Source: a virus
IMG/VR virus record: IMGVR_UViG_3300027659_000011
Coordinates: 1 to 64,000 of that record
Length of the DNA stretch: 64,000 nt
Direction: 5' to 3' (one strand)
Positions within the stretch are counted from its first letter, which is position 1; every line of letters starts with the position of its first letter. This document shows, piece after piece, positions 24,098 to 33,674 of the stretch. Both the position numbers and the translations under genes were made by a program. The notes beneath the pieces are model-generated. The model had not been told where the DNA came from. It searched no databases and saw only the letters and a program-made list of their open reading frames with translations.

Positions 24098-25774
24098 ATG
24101 AAATTTCGTTTCCATATTCTAGGACTTCCACACACAGTTACAAATAAAGACTATGTGGCCTGTGCCTATACACAAAAGGTTTTAAAGTTTGCAAAAATGA
24201 TGCGTGCTCGCGGGCATCACATCACCCATTACGGACACGAAGATTCGCAGTTAGACTGTGACGAGCACGTAACTGTAATCACTAACGAAGACTTAGATAA
24301 ATCGTATGGTACTCATGACTGGCGTAAAAACTTCTTTAAGTTTGACATGAATGATCATGCTTATCAGACGTTTTTTAAAAATGCCATTCAAGAAATTGCC
24401 GTGCGTAAAAAACCATTAGATTTCTTACTGCCTTTCTGGGGATCAGGAGTTCGCCCTATATGTGACGCACACTCAGACATGATTGTAGTAGAGCCAGGAA
24501 TTGGCTATGCTAGTGGACATTGGGCACGTTGGAAGATTTTTGAATCTTATGCTATCTATCACGCATACTATGGACTTAATTCAGTAGCAACTTGTAAACA
24601 AGACTGGTATGATTGTGTAATTCCAAACTACTTTGATCCTGATGACTTTGAGTTCAGAGAAAAGAAGTCAGACTACTTCCTATTCTTAGGTCGTGTATAC
24701 GAGGGTAAAGGTGTTCATATTGCTGTACAAGCCACACAAGCAATCGGAGCTAAATTAATTATAGCTGGACAAAATCCAGAAAACCTAACCTTTCCAGAAC
24801 ACGTAGAATTTGTTGGGTATGCTGATCAAGCTAAACGTCGTGAATTGATGGCAGGTGCAAAAGGTGCTTTTGTTCCTTCAATGTATATTGAGCCTTTTGG
24901 TGGTGTACAGATGGAGCTGTTATTTTCAGGTACTCCTACAATTACAACTGACTGGGGTTCGTTTGCTGAGAATAATCTTCACGGTAAAACAGGCTATCGC
25001 TGCCGTACCTTTGATCACTTTGTGTGGGCTGCTCAAAATATTGATCGTATTGATCCTAAAGCCTGTAGACAATGGGCTGAAAACTTCTCGCTGGAAAAGG
25101 TAGCTCCTATGTATGAGGAGTTTTTTGAAGAGATCATGAACGTTTACACTAACAAAGGTTGGTATGAGCGTAAATATGATCGTCAAGATTTAGCTTGGTT
25201 AAAGCGTGACGTTCCACAATATCCCGAGCGTTTAAACTTTAATCATATGCACGCAGAAGAAAAGCCTTTTGCAGATCGTTTAGCTACTTGGATTAAAAAA
25301 GAGTTAAACCCTGCAACACTACTTGATATTGGTTGTGGGCCAGGACATTTTGTTAACTCATTTCGTTCAGAAGGCATAGATGCACGCGGATTAGATATTG
25401 ATGATCGTGTACATGGTAAACCTTATCTTGAGTATAAGAGTTTATTTGATATTGAAGAAGAGTCAGCAAATGTAGTAGTATGTATGGAAGTAGCTGAACA
25501 TATTGAACAAGAACGTGAAGAAGAAGTAGTAGCTAAAGTAGTGCAAACAGTTAAAGATACTTTAATCTGGACTGCAGCAGCCGTTGGTCAAGGTGGTATA
25601 GGTCATATAAATTGTAAAGATAAACAAGACTGGGCGGACCTACTGACTGCAGCAGGTTTACGTCGTAATCAAGAGCGTGAAGGTCAATTAATATTAGATA
25701 TGCGTAACGGTTATCATATGGGATGGTTTACTCAGAATCTATTATACTTTGAAAGAGTCAAAGATGAGGTATGA
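24098..25774 (+). CDS. GT4-like glycosyltransferase fused to a SAM-dependent methyltransferase
   Basis: FLGRVYEGKG and EPFGGVQME in the N-terminal part; LLDIGCGPG and CMEVAEHI in the C-terminal part. Confidence 0.85.
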   Translation: MKFRFHILGLPHTVTNKDYVACAYTQKVLKFAKMMRARGHHITHYGHEDSQLDCDEHVTVITNEDLDKSYGTHDWRKNFFKFDMNDHAYQTFFKNAIQEIAVRKKPLDFLLPFWGSGVRPICDAHSDMIVVEPGIGYASGHWARWKIFESYAIYHAYYGLNSVATCKQDWYDCVIPNYFDPDDFEFREKKSDYFLFLGRVYEGKGVHIAVQATQAIGAKLIIAGQNPENLTFPEHVEFVGYADQAKRRELMAGAKGAFVPSMYIEPFGGVQMELLFSGTPTITTDWGSFAENNLHGKTGYRCRTFDHFVWAAQNIDRIDPKACRQWAENFSLEKVAPMYEEFFEEIMNVYTNKGWYERKYDRQDLAWLKRDVPQYPERLNFNHMHAEEKPFADRLATWIKKELNPATLLDIGCGPGHFVNSFRSEGIDARGLDIDDRVHGKPYLEYKSLFDIEEESANVVVCMEVAEHIEQEREEEVVAKVVQTVKDTLIWTAAAVGQGGIGHINCKDKQDWADLLTAAGLRRNQEREGQLILDMRNGYHMGWFTQNLLYFERVKDEV

Positions 25775-26369
25775 TTACGTTGACATAGGAACCTGTGACT
25801 TTGATACAGCACACGATATTGCCCAGCCTGGGGAAAGAGTGTTGTTAGTAGAGCCAGTTCAATACTACCTAGATAGAATTTCAAATCGTGAACTTCAAAC
25901 TAAGGCCAATGTAGCTATTTCAGCTGCATCAGGCCGTGTGCCTATATACTACTTACCTGACGTTAGTATACACTTATTTGATTTACCTAGCTGGACTCGT
26001 GGATGTAACTCTATAGGTAATAGGCATCCTACTGTGGATCATTTATTACAGCAAAGAAACTTACCTCTTAATTTAGTTAATAAAGCTGAAGTTGAAGTAA
26101 TAACTTTCAGAGAGTTATGTACTCGATATCAAATAACTGAAATCAATAAACTTAAAATTGATACTGAAGGTCACGAAACTTTCATACTACCCACTGTACT
26201 AGAAATGGTCAAGGAGGGTATGTACATTGAAGAAATTAAATTTGAAAATCAAGAAGTTTTGGGAAATAAACCGTTTCTAGATATCCTTGCACAAGAGTTT
26301 GTAAAGCTAGGTTTTTATGAAATTACCGAAGTCACAGACATGGATACAACTTTACGAATAACTAGATGA
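25764..26369 (+). CDS. FkbM-like methyltransferase
   Basis: DIG, LLVEP, NVAIS and LKIDTEGHE. Confidence 0.75.
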   Translation: MRYDYVDIGTCDFDTAHDIAQPGERVLLVEPVQYYLDRISNRELQTKANVAISAASGRVPIYYLPDVSIHLFDLPSWTRGCNSIGNRHPTVDHLLQQRNLPLNLVNKAEVEVITFRELCTRYQITEINKLKIDTEGHETFILPTVLEMVKEGMYIEEIKFENQEVLGNKPFLDILAQEFVKLGFYEITEVTDMDTTLRITR

Positions 26370-27178
26370 AAAAAATATTAGTAACAGGAAACTCAGGATA
26401 TATAGGTTCCCACTTATCTAGGATGTTAAATGAATCTGGATATGAAGTTTATGGCTTAGATCTTAACTTACCTGAATATAGTTTATATAATCATTATCAA
26501 CTAGACATTGATCTTAGACTAACTGGGTATTTTACTAAGTTTGACTGTATAGTACATTTAGCAGCACTAGTACAAGTAGGTGAGTCTAAACGCTCTCCTT
26601 ATGAATACTACACTACTAATACTATGGGTACAGTTAGAGTATTAGGTATACCTCACGATAATTTTATATTTGCTAGTACTGGTTGTGCTCCTGCTTGTGA
26701 GAGCCCTTATGCAATTAGTAAATTAGCAGCCGAACAGTGCATAGAGCAATTAGCCCCTAAAGATTACACTATATTTAGATTCTATAATGTTATAGGCACT
26801 TCTGGTTTTGCATCTACAAACCCAGACGGATTAATGTCACAATTAGTTAAAGCTAAACAGACTGGTAAATTTACTATTTATGGCACTGATTACAATACTA
26901 AAGACGGTACCGCTGTACGTGACTATGTACATGTCGACGAGATATGCAAGGCAATAGCACTAGCCATTGAGACACCGGCTAATGCCATAGAGAATTTAGG
27001 GCACGGACATGGATATACAGTTAAGGAAATAGTTGATCAATTTCAATTTACTAATAGCTGTAATTTTGAAGTACTATCAGGTCCACGTAGACAAGGTGAT
27101 TTAGAGAGCTCAGTATTAGATAAGCCTTCACAATACATGAAGAAACTCTACGATATAAATGAACTTTTAGCTATCTAG
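26366..27178 (+). CDS. NAD-dependent epimerase (GalE-like)
   Basis: VTGNSGYIGSH, YAISK (YxxxK), DGTAVRDYVHV, RRQGD. Confidence 0.85.
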   Translation: MKKILVTGNSGYIGSHLSRMLNESGYEVYGLDLNLPEYSLYNHYQLDIDLRLTGYFTKFDCIVHLAALVQVGESKRSPYEYYTTNTMGTVRVLGIPHDNFIFASTGCAPACESPYAISKLAAEQCIEQLAPKDYTIFRFYNVIGTSGFASTNPDGLMSQLVKAKQTGKFTIYGTDYNTKDGTAVRDYVHVDEICKAIALAIETPANAIENLGHGHGYTVKEIVDQFQFTNSCNFEVLSGPRRQGDLESSVLDKPSQYMKKLYDINELLAI

Positions 27179-27195
27179 GAATAAAAATTTATATA

Positions 27196-27224
27196 TTGAC
27201 TTATACTTCCTATCATGCTATAAT
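27196..27224 (+). promoter_or_regulatory. Sigma70-type late promoter
   Basis: TTGACT-17-TATAAT. Confidence 0.75.
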
Positions 27225-27254
27225 AGGAGCAATTAAAAGGTACATAATAAATTT

Positions 27255-27686
27255 ATGGCAAAAAATACTGGTAACAAACGTATCCCGGTTAAACACGTTA
27301 GAGATAAAGCTAAAGCAGCTTATCAAAAGCAGGACCACTGCTATGTGTGTGGTACTGATCAAGATTTAGAACTGCATCACTTTCACTCTATTACAATCTT
27401 GCTCGAAAATTGGGCTAGAGTAAAGCAGTATGATATTTCTACTGACGATGGAATATTGGCAGTAAGAGACGAGTTTATAGCAGAGCATCGAATTGAGCTT
27501 TATGAGCTAGTAAGAACTTTGTGTAATAGGCATCATGTTAACTTACATAAGATATTTGGTAAAGCCCCCCTACCTAACTCTGTTGAACGTCAAGTTCGAT
27601 GGGTTGATATACAAAGGGATAAACATCAAGGTAAAGAAGTCACTACTAAAATTACTACAGGTTCGTTTTTTGGCGCCTTTACATAA
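27255..27686 (+). CDS. HNH (nicking) endonuclease, T5-like
   Basis: CYVCG...LELHH...TLCNRHH..LH; directly upstream of portal as in T5. Confidence 0.75.
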   Translation: MAKNTGNKRIPVKHVRDKAKAAYQKQDHCYVCGTDQDLELHHFHSITILLENWARVKQYDISTDDGILAVRDEFIAEHRIELYELVRTLCNRHHVNLHKIFGKAPLPNSVERQVRWVDIQRDKHQGKEVTTKITTGSFFGAFT

Positions 27687-27697
27687 GGTAACAAAAT

Positions 27698-28888
27698 ATG
27701 GCATGGTATAATAATCTAGGTAGCTGGGTTAGAGAAAAGCTAAACCCCGCACAAGAAATTATTCGAAGAGAACAAGGCGTAAACATTGGCTCAGCAGCTG
27801 CTTTCAGCTACAGAGTTGCCTTTCAAAAACTAGAAGCAGTTAATAGAGGTACTAGCATGTTAGTTAGTGCTTGCGCTAGTTTAGATTATGATGTTAAGAA
27901 CAAACTAAGCACTGATGTAGTATCAGGAATTAGACAAAAGACACTATTAAATTTATTAAATTACAACCCTAACCCATTTCAGTCAGCTCAAGAATTTAGA
28001 ACAGCTATATTTTCAGATTTAGTTCTTGATGGTAATATATTTATGTATTATGATGGAGCACACCTCTATCACTTACCAGCTACTAATGTACAGATACAAC
28101 CAGACGAAAAAACCTTTATAAAAAGTTATACTTATAATAATTCTATAACTTTTAAACCAACAGAAATTATACATATTAAAGACTTAAATAGTGAGTCCAT
28201 ATATCGTGGATCTAGTAGATTAGAGTCTTGCTCTAGATCTATGCAGATTATGTATAAAATGCAAAATTTCCAAGACTCCTTTTTTGAAAATGGAGCAATA
28301 CCAGGAATAGTGCTAACAAGTGAAAATACACTTAGTGCACAAGCAAAAGAGAAAACTATACAAAACTGGACTGCAAAATATAATCCAAAAAATGGGGCCA
28401 AGCGTCCTATGATTCTGGATAGTGGACTAAAACCTTCTAATCTATTAAACACTAGTTTCCAAGAAATGGATTTTGATACTTCTATTAAGTCTCATGATTC
28501 AAAAATCTTAAAAGCAATCGGAGTCCCTCCTATTCTTTTAGACGGTGGAAATAACGCAAATATATCGCCCAATTTAAGATTATTTTACTTAGAAACAGTT
28601 ATGCCTGCAATACGTAGGTACACTTCTGCCCTAGAAAGATACTTCGGCTACGATATAGATGCAATAACGTCTAATGTTAGCAGTTTACAGCCAGAATTAA
28701 AAGACATAGCAACCTACCACTCCACATTAGTTAATGCAGGAATACTGACACCTAATGAGGCTCGTGTAGAATTACGCTACGATAAGATTGCAGGTATGGA
28801 CGAGATTAGAATCCCAGCTAATATAGCAGGTTCTGCGGTCGATCCTTCGCAAGGTGGGGCCCCTACTAAAGACAGTATGGGCAATTAA
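27698..28888 (+). CDS. Portal protein (HK97/T5 pb7-like)
   Basis: PNPFQS, FFENGAIPG, GVPPILL and TPNEAR motifs. Confidence 0.92.
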   Translation: MAWYNNLGSWVREKLNPAQEIIRREQGVNIGSAAAFSYRVAFQKLEAVNRGTSMLVSACASLDYDVKNKLSTDVVSGIRQKTLLNLLNYNPNPFQSAQEFRTAIFSDLVLDGNIFMYYDGAHLYHLPATNVQIQPDEKTFIKSYTYNNSITFKPTEIIHIKDLNSESIYRGSSRLESCSRSMQIMYKMQNFQDSFFENGAIPGIVLTSENTLSAQAKEKTIQNWTAKYNPKNGAKRPMILDSGLKPSNLLNTSFQEMDFDTSIKSHDSKILKAIGVPPILLDGGNNANISPNLRLFYLETVMPAIRRYTSALERYFGYDIDAITSNVSSLQPELKDIATYHSTLVNAGILTPNEARVELRYDKIAGMDEIRIPANIAGSAVDPSQGGAPTKDSMGN

Positions 28889-28899
28889 TAAGGAGTCAT

Positions 28900-30879
28900 A
28901 TGGATAAAAATAAAGTATTATATGTAAATAGTACTTTTACTAAAGCTGCTCCTGCAAACAATGAACCAGCGGATTCTATTTATATTGAAGGGTATGCAAG
29001 TACCACAGATGTAGATAGGCAAGGGGATATAGTTCCTGCCAGCGTTTGGGAAGCAGGACTTAAAAATTACCTCAGAAATCCTATCATATTAGCACAGCAT
29101 GATCATGACGATCCTGTTGGACGTATGGTACAACATAGGATTGATGGCAGTGGTTTATGGATTAAAGCTAGAATTTCAGCGGCAGCTGAAATTTATAATT
29201 TAGTAAAAGATGGGGTTTTAACCGCATTTAGCGTTGGATTCAGAGTACTCGATGCTGAATATAATGCTGCAACCGAGTTATTTGTTATCAAGAAACTAGA
29301 ACTAGTGGAAATTTCCGTAGTTTCAGTACCTGCTAATCAAAATACTCTATTTAGTTTGTCTAAGGCATTTAACGATGCTGATGAGTATAATCAATTTAAA
29401 TCGCAGTTTGCACCCAAAAGCGAATCAGCTAAAGGGCTAGAATCCTCAACGGAAGCAAACGGCATATCACAAAAGGAATGGAAAATGAATCCAGAAGAAA
29501 TCAAACAAATGGTTGCAGACGCAGCTAGAGCCGCAGTTGAACAAACAACTAAAGCAATGCAAGATGCAGCATCAGCTCAAGCCGAAACTGAGCGCTCAAA
29601 AGCAGCTGAAGAAGCCTCCCTAGAAGCACGTATTAACGCCCGCGTTAAGTCAGCCCTAGAAGCCGCTACTCCAGCAGTAGTTCAATCCGGCGAGTCAGGT
29701 GCAGAGCGCCTATTAGCTGAAGTTGAAAAACGTTTCGAAGAGCAGTCACAAACAACAAAGCAAGTATTAGACAGCCTACAATCAGCTCTAGCTGAAAAGT
29801 CTGCCGAAATCGCAGCTATCCAAAAGTCAAAAATGGCTTTCTCAGATAAGTCTGGTGCTGACGGTGTTACTTACCAAGAAAAAGAGCAAGCAGTTATGCT
29901 TTCTACTATTATGGGTAAGTCACTGGACCAAACTAAGTATGGACGCGCACTACTAGAGAAGTCTAGTGTAGCTCACGTTCCAGGTGCTACACCATGGGAA
30001 AATGAAGTACAATTAACAATGGAAGATGCACTACGTCGTAGACTAGTTATCGCTCCTATGTTCCGTCAAATCCCAATGAAAACCAATGTATTAAGTATCC
30101 CTGTAAATCCTGAAGTTGGATCTGCAAGCTGGGTTACAACATTCAGTGGTGGAACTGCCCTAGAATCAGGTTCTGGCGGATCAGCGGTTGCTCACAAGCT
30201 AGCTGAAGTTACTCTAAATGCCTACAAAGTAGCGACAAAAGAGTATGTTGGATACGAAGAAGAAGAAGATTCTTTATTAATTCTTCTACCTATGATTCGT
30301 GATGCTATGGTTCGTCGTTGCGCTAAAGCAATCGATGGTGCCCTACTAACAGGTGACGGATCTACAGTACCTATCAGTGGCTTATCAAACCGTGCAGGTA
30401 CTTCAGGTACTAATGCAGCCCTACTACAAACAGCTGCCAATGGTGCTGTAAGTATTGCTAAACTACGTGGACTACGTGCTCAATTAGGCAACTATGGTAT
30501 CGATCCAGCTGACGTAGCATACATCGTTAATAACGATACATACTACGATCTATTAGAAGATACAACATTCATGACAATGGAAAAAGTTGGTCCTTTAGCT
30601 ACTGTTATCACTGGTCAAGTTGGTATGATTGCTGGTTCCCCAGTTATCGCCACAGGAGAACTAGCTGCCAAAGCTACTGGTGCTGTCACTGCATTGACTA
30701 ACATTGCTGCTCTTGCAGTTTATGTTCCTAACTTCTTAGTCGGTGCTCAACGCGGTCTACGCATTGACACACAAGAGTTAGCAGCTGAACAAGCCCGTGT
30801 AATGGTTGCTTCTATGCGCGTTGGAATGGCTCAAATTACAGCCAGCCAAGGTGTTAAAGCCCTTCGTTGGACAGCTTAA
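28900..30879 (+). CDS. Prohead protease fused in frame to HK97-fold major capsid protein (internal start 29485)
   Basis: IEGYAST..VDRQGD, HD, FSVGF, EISVVSVPAN protease motifs, then a coiled-coil delta domain and capsid body. Confidence 0.9.
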   Translation: MDKNKVLYVNSTFTKAAPANNEPADSIYIEGYASTTDVDRQGDIVPASVWEAGLKNYLRNPIILAQHDHDDPVGRMVQHRIDGSGLWIKARISAAAEIYNLVKDGVLTAFSVGFRVLDAEYNAATELFVIKKLELVEISVVSVPANQNTLFSLSKAFNDADEYNQFKSQFAPKSESAKGLESSTEANGISQKEWKMNPEEIKQMVADAARAAVEQTTKAMQDAASAQAETERSKAAEEASLEARINARVKSALEAATPAVVQSGESGAERLLAEVEKRFEEQSQTTKQVLDSLQSALAEKSAEIAAIQKSKMAFSDKSGADGVTYQEKEQAVMLSTIMGKSLDQTKYGRALLEKSSVAHVPGATPWENEVQLTMEDALRRRLVIAPMFRQIPMKTNVLSIPVNPEVGSASWVTTFSGGTALESGSGGSAVAHKLAEVTLNAYKVATKEYVGYEEEEDSLLILLPMIRDAMVRRCAKAIDGALLTGDGSTVPISGLSNRAGTSGTNAALLQTAANGAVSIAKLRGLRAQLGNYGIDPADVAYIVNNDTYYDLLEDTTFMTMEKVGPLATVITGQVGMIAGSPVIATGELAAKATGAVTALTNIAALAVYVPNFLVGAQRGLRIDTQELAAEQARVMVASMRVGMAQITASQGVKALRWTA

Positions 30880-30889
30880 TTTATTAAGC

Positions 30890-30915
30890 AAGACAGGACT
30901 CAGGTCCTGTCTTTT
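30890..30915 (+). terminator. Terminator after capsid gene
   Basis: AAGACAGGAC-TCAG-GTCCTGTCTT-TT. Confidence 0.75.
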
Positions 30916-30960
30916 ACATATCTTGCTAGTCAGGATATGTAAAAGACAAAAGGAAATATT

Positions 30961-31527
30961 ATGGCCAATCTAGTAACCAAAGCAGAATATAAAGCTTATG
31001 CTGGTATATCTAGTACTACGCAAGATAATTTAATTGACTTCTTAATTCCAAAAATATCTGATGCTGTAAGAGGCTTCTGCAGAAATCCACTAATAGATAC
31101 CCAAGAGAGTGTCATAGAAATATTTGATGGAGGTAATCCAGTATTAGTACCCTCTAGCGGACCAGTAGGAGCAATTGCTTCTGTACAGTACTCCACTGAC
31201 TACGGCAAAATATATACAGACATGGTTCAATATATAGACTGGATCTATGTACAAAAAGAACAAGTAATAAAATGTGTATATAGCGACGTATTTCAGCTTA
31301 GACCAGCAGGTTATAGAGTAACTTATACAGCCGGATATGATGGATGCCCTGAAGGATTAAAGCTAGGAGTACTAGAGTTTATTAACTACTATATGCGACA
31401 TGAAAGTACAGTTCACTCAAATTCAGCCCCTGGCGGTAGTGGTGGACAAATAGAATATATAATGCACAGTAAACTACCAGCAGCAATACAGCGTATCTTT
31501 GACCAGTATGCGTTAACGGTAAATTAA
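30961..31527 (+). CDS. Head completion/head-tail connector protein
   Basis: LVTKAEYKAY.GI, VTYTAGY...P..LK, P..I..I.D.Y; position after capsid. Confidence 0.8.
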   Translation: MANLVTKAEYKAYAGISSTTQDNLIDFLIPKISDAVRGFCRNPLIDTQESVIEIFDGGNPVLVPSSGPVGAIASVQYSTDYGKIYTDMVQYIDWIYVQKEQVIKCVYSDVFQLRPAGYRVTYTAGYDGCPEGLKLGVLEFINYYMRHESTVHSNSAPGGSGGQIEYIMHSKLPAAIQRIFDQYALTVN

Positions 31528-31528
31528 T

Positions 31529-33133
31529 ATGTCAATAGCGGAATTTAGTCAAACTCTAAGAGATAGAATTTTTAGTAAGTTTAATCAGATTAAAACAAGA
31601 AATTTAAGAGACGACTATTCTAAATTAGTAGAATCTGAAAAATTTCGTAAAAAGTATGAAGCCGCTAAATTAGGTGCCTCTTCAGTAATTACTGAAGGCT
31701 CTTTAAATAAGTTAATAAGTGATTTAAATAAAGATATAGAAAACGATACTTTAAGATCAGCTACACAAAAATTCTTAAAAAGCATATCTTTACCAAGATT
31801 TATAAACTATATACAAAGCACTACTTATTATGATAAACTAGTGACAAGAATTCCAGGAGAATTTAGGCTAGAAGCAGTACCGCAAGATACCTTACGCAAA
31901 TTATTTATAGAGTATATAGAAATAGAGTTAAGCACTTTTGGATTACCTCATGCAACTGAGGTAGCAGTATATGAACATATTAATCATCATATACAGTCAG
32001 GACATTTAGCAGGAGTTTTCTCCCTACGTCTTAAAGAAGCACTATTTTTAAATGTAACAGATACAGGCACAGGATATAGAGATTTTAAGCTAGATCTAGG
32101 CGAGGGAGTCGATAAAACCTCTATAGATACCTTAGAAAGAATAATGAAAGTAGTACTAGATGCAGACTACTTAACCAGTAATATTGTAGACAGAGAGAGT
32201 ATATTTGCAAGGGCAACTAAAACTGTCTTAGGTAATAGACCTCACTTAGAAGTAGAACTACAGTATAAAAGAGATAATGAAGAAGCCGGTAAATTACTGG
32301 CAACTACTGGTAAATATTTAAATGATTTAATTAAAACTATATCTTCAAAAACTGGAAGATCAGATAAAGATGCTACTGATAGTTTTAAAAAACTAATAAT
32401 TAGCTTAAAACCTTTAACTGAAGTAGTTATAGCTAAAGCAGCAGAACTACAAAGTACACCTTCTAGCAGAGATTTAGCTAATTTAATAGCTGGAGACGCA
32501 AGAGCCTTAAATCAGTTAGCAAGCTCTTTAGTAAATACTAAAGGATCGCCTTCTTTAAAAGAATCAATTAGTAAAAATATAGCAAGTATAATAAAAACTG
32601 GAAAAACTTTAGAAGCAGTTACTACAAAAGTAACTGAAAAAGTATCAAAGACCAGTAAAGATAAAGACGTTGAAGCTTTAAATAAAACTTTTAAACAAGT
32701 AGGTAAAGCACTTAAGCAAGTACATGCTCAAATAAGTAAGCATAATAAAATATCTGGAACTAAAGCAGTATCAGCTACACAGCCATCTGCTGCACTACAG
32801 CGTATGCCTTCTATGACCTCTTTGCAGGCATATATTAACGAGAATTTACAAAGTGTAATTTCAGCTAATATGGGTGGAGGCACAGAGCATAGTATTTTAA
32901 ATTATCGTACAGGAAGATTTGCTGAATCTGCTAAAGTAACAGCAGTTTCACAAAGTAGACAAGGTTTAATAACTGCTTTTTACACTTATATGAAAAATCC
33001 ATATCAGACTTTTGAACCTGGATTTAAACAAGGTAGCCCTGCATCAAGAAATCCAAAATTGCTTATTTCTAAGTCAATTAGAGAAATTGTAGCAAATAAG
33101 GTAAGTAATAACTTTAGGGCACAAGCACTATGA
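31529..33133 (+). CDS. Tail completion/neck protein (T5 p143-like C-terminus, long N-terminal extension)
   Basis: C-terminal LNYRTGRFA.S...YTYMKNPYQTFE...RNPK.LI..SIREI; synteny. Confidence 0.65.
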   Translation: MSIAEFSQTLRDRIFSKFNQIKTRNLRDDYSKLVESEKFRKKYEAAKLGASSVITEGSLNKLISDLNKDIENDTLRSATQKFLKSISLPRFINYIQSTTYYDKLVTRIPGEFRLEAVPQDTLRKLFIEYIEIELSTFGLPHATEVAVYEHINHHIQSGHLAGVFSLRLKEALFLNVTDTGTGYRDFKLDLGEGVDKTSIDTLERIMKVVLDADYLTSNIVDRESIFARATKTVLGNRPHLEVELQYKRDNEEAGKLLATTGKYLNDLIKTISSKTGRSDKDATDSFKKLIISLKPLTEVVIAKAAELQSTPSSRDLANLIAGDARALNQLASSLVNTKGSPSLKESISKNIASIIKTGKTLEAVTTKVTEKVSKTSKDKDVEALNKTFKQVGKALKQVHAQISKHNKISGTKAVSATQPSAALQRMPSMTSLQAYINENLQSVISANMGGGTEHSILNYRTGRFAESAKVTAVSQSRQGLITAFYTYMKNPYQTFEPGFKQGSPASRNPKLLISKSIREIVANKVSNNFRAQAL

Positions 33134-33573
33134 CTCGTAGAACATCTATTGTAAAAGCAATTGCTGAAAAAATGCAAGTGCAATTAAACGGGATTACCTA
33201 TCCATCAAATGTATATGGTAATGCCTATCCCTCACTAAAATTTTGGGATGAAGTAAATGATTTTCCTTGTGTATATATGAGTCCTGGCACTGAAATTCGT
33301 CAATACGAACTTTCAGCATTTGCTTGGGGCTTAATGAATGTAAGCATAAAGGTTTATGCCCGTGGAGAAGATGCTCAGCTACAACTCGAGCAGTTGTTAG
33401 AAGATATTGAGAAACTACTAGAAAATAACAAAAATCTAGTATACGACGCCACAAAAAATCTGATAACTACTGAATTCTTAGTAGTATCTATAACAACAGA
33501 TGAGGGACTTCTAAAACCTTATGCTGTCGGAGAAATTAACATACAAGTACGTTATCAAGTTATGTATGTATAA
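33130..33573 (+). CDS. Tail terminator protein (T5 p142-like)
   Basis: RTSI..A, KFWDEVNDFP, ITTDEGLL.PY.VGEI. Confidence 0.75.
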   Translation: MTRRTSIVKAIAEKMQVQLNGITYPSNVYGNAYPSLKFWDEVNDFPCVYMSPGTEIRQYELSAFAWGLMNVSIKVYARGEDAQLQLEQLLEDIEKLLENNKNLVYDATKNLITTEFLVVSITTDEGLLKPYAVGEINIQVRYQVMYV

Positions 33574-33674
33574 GTAGCCATAAGGCTATTAACAAATCGT
33601 ATCCTAACGCACCAATCACAGATAAATATCTAGTAATGTGTCCGCAGGATGCACAAAATTAAAGGAATTAGATA

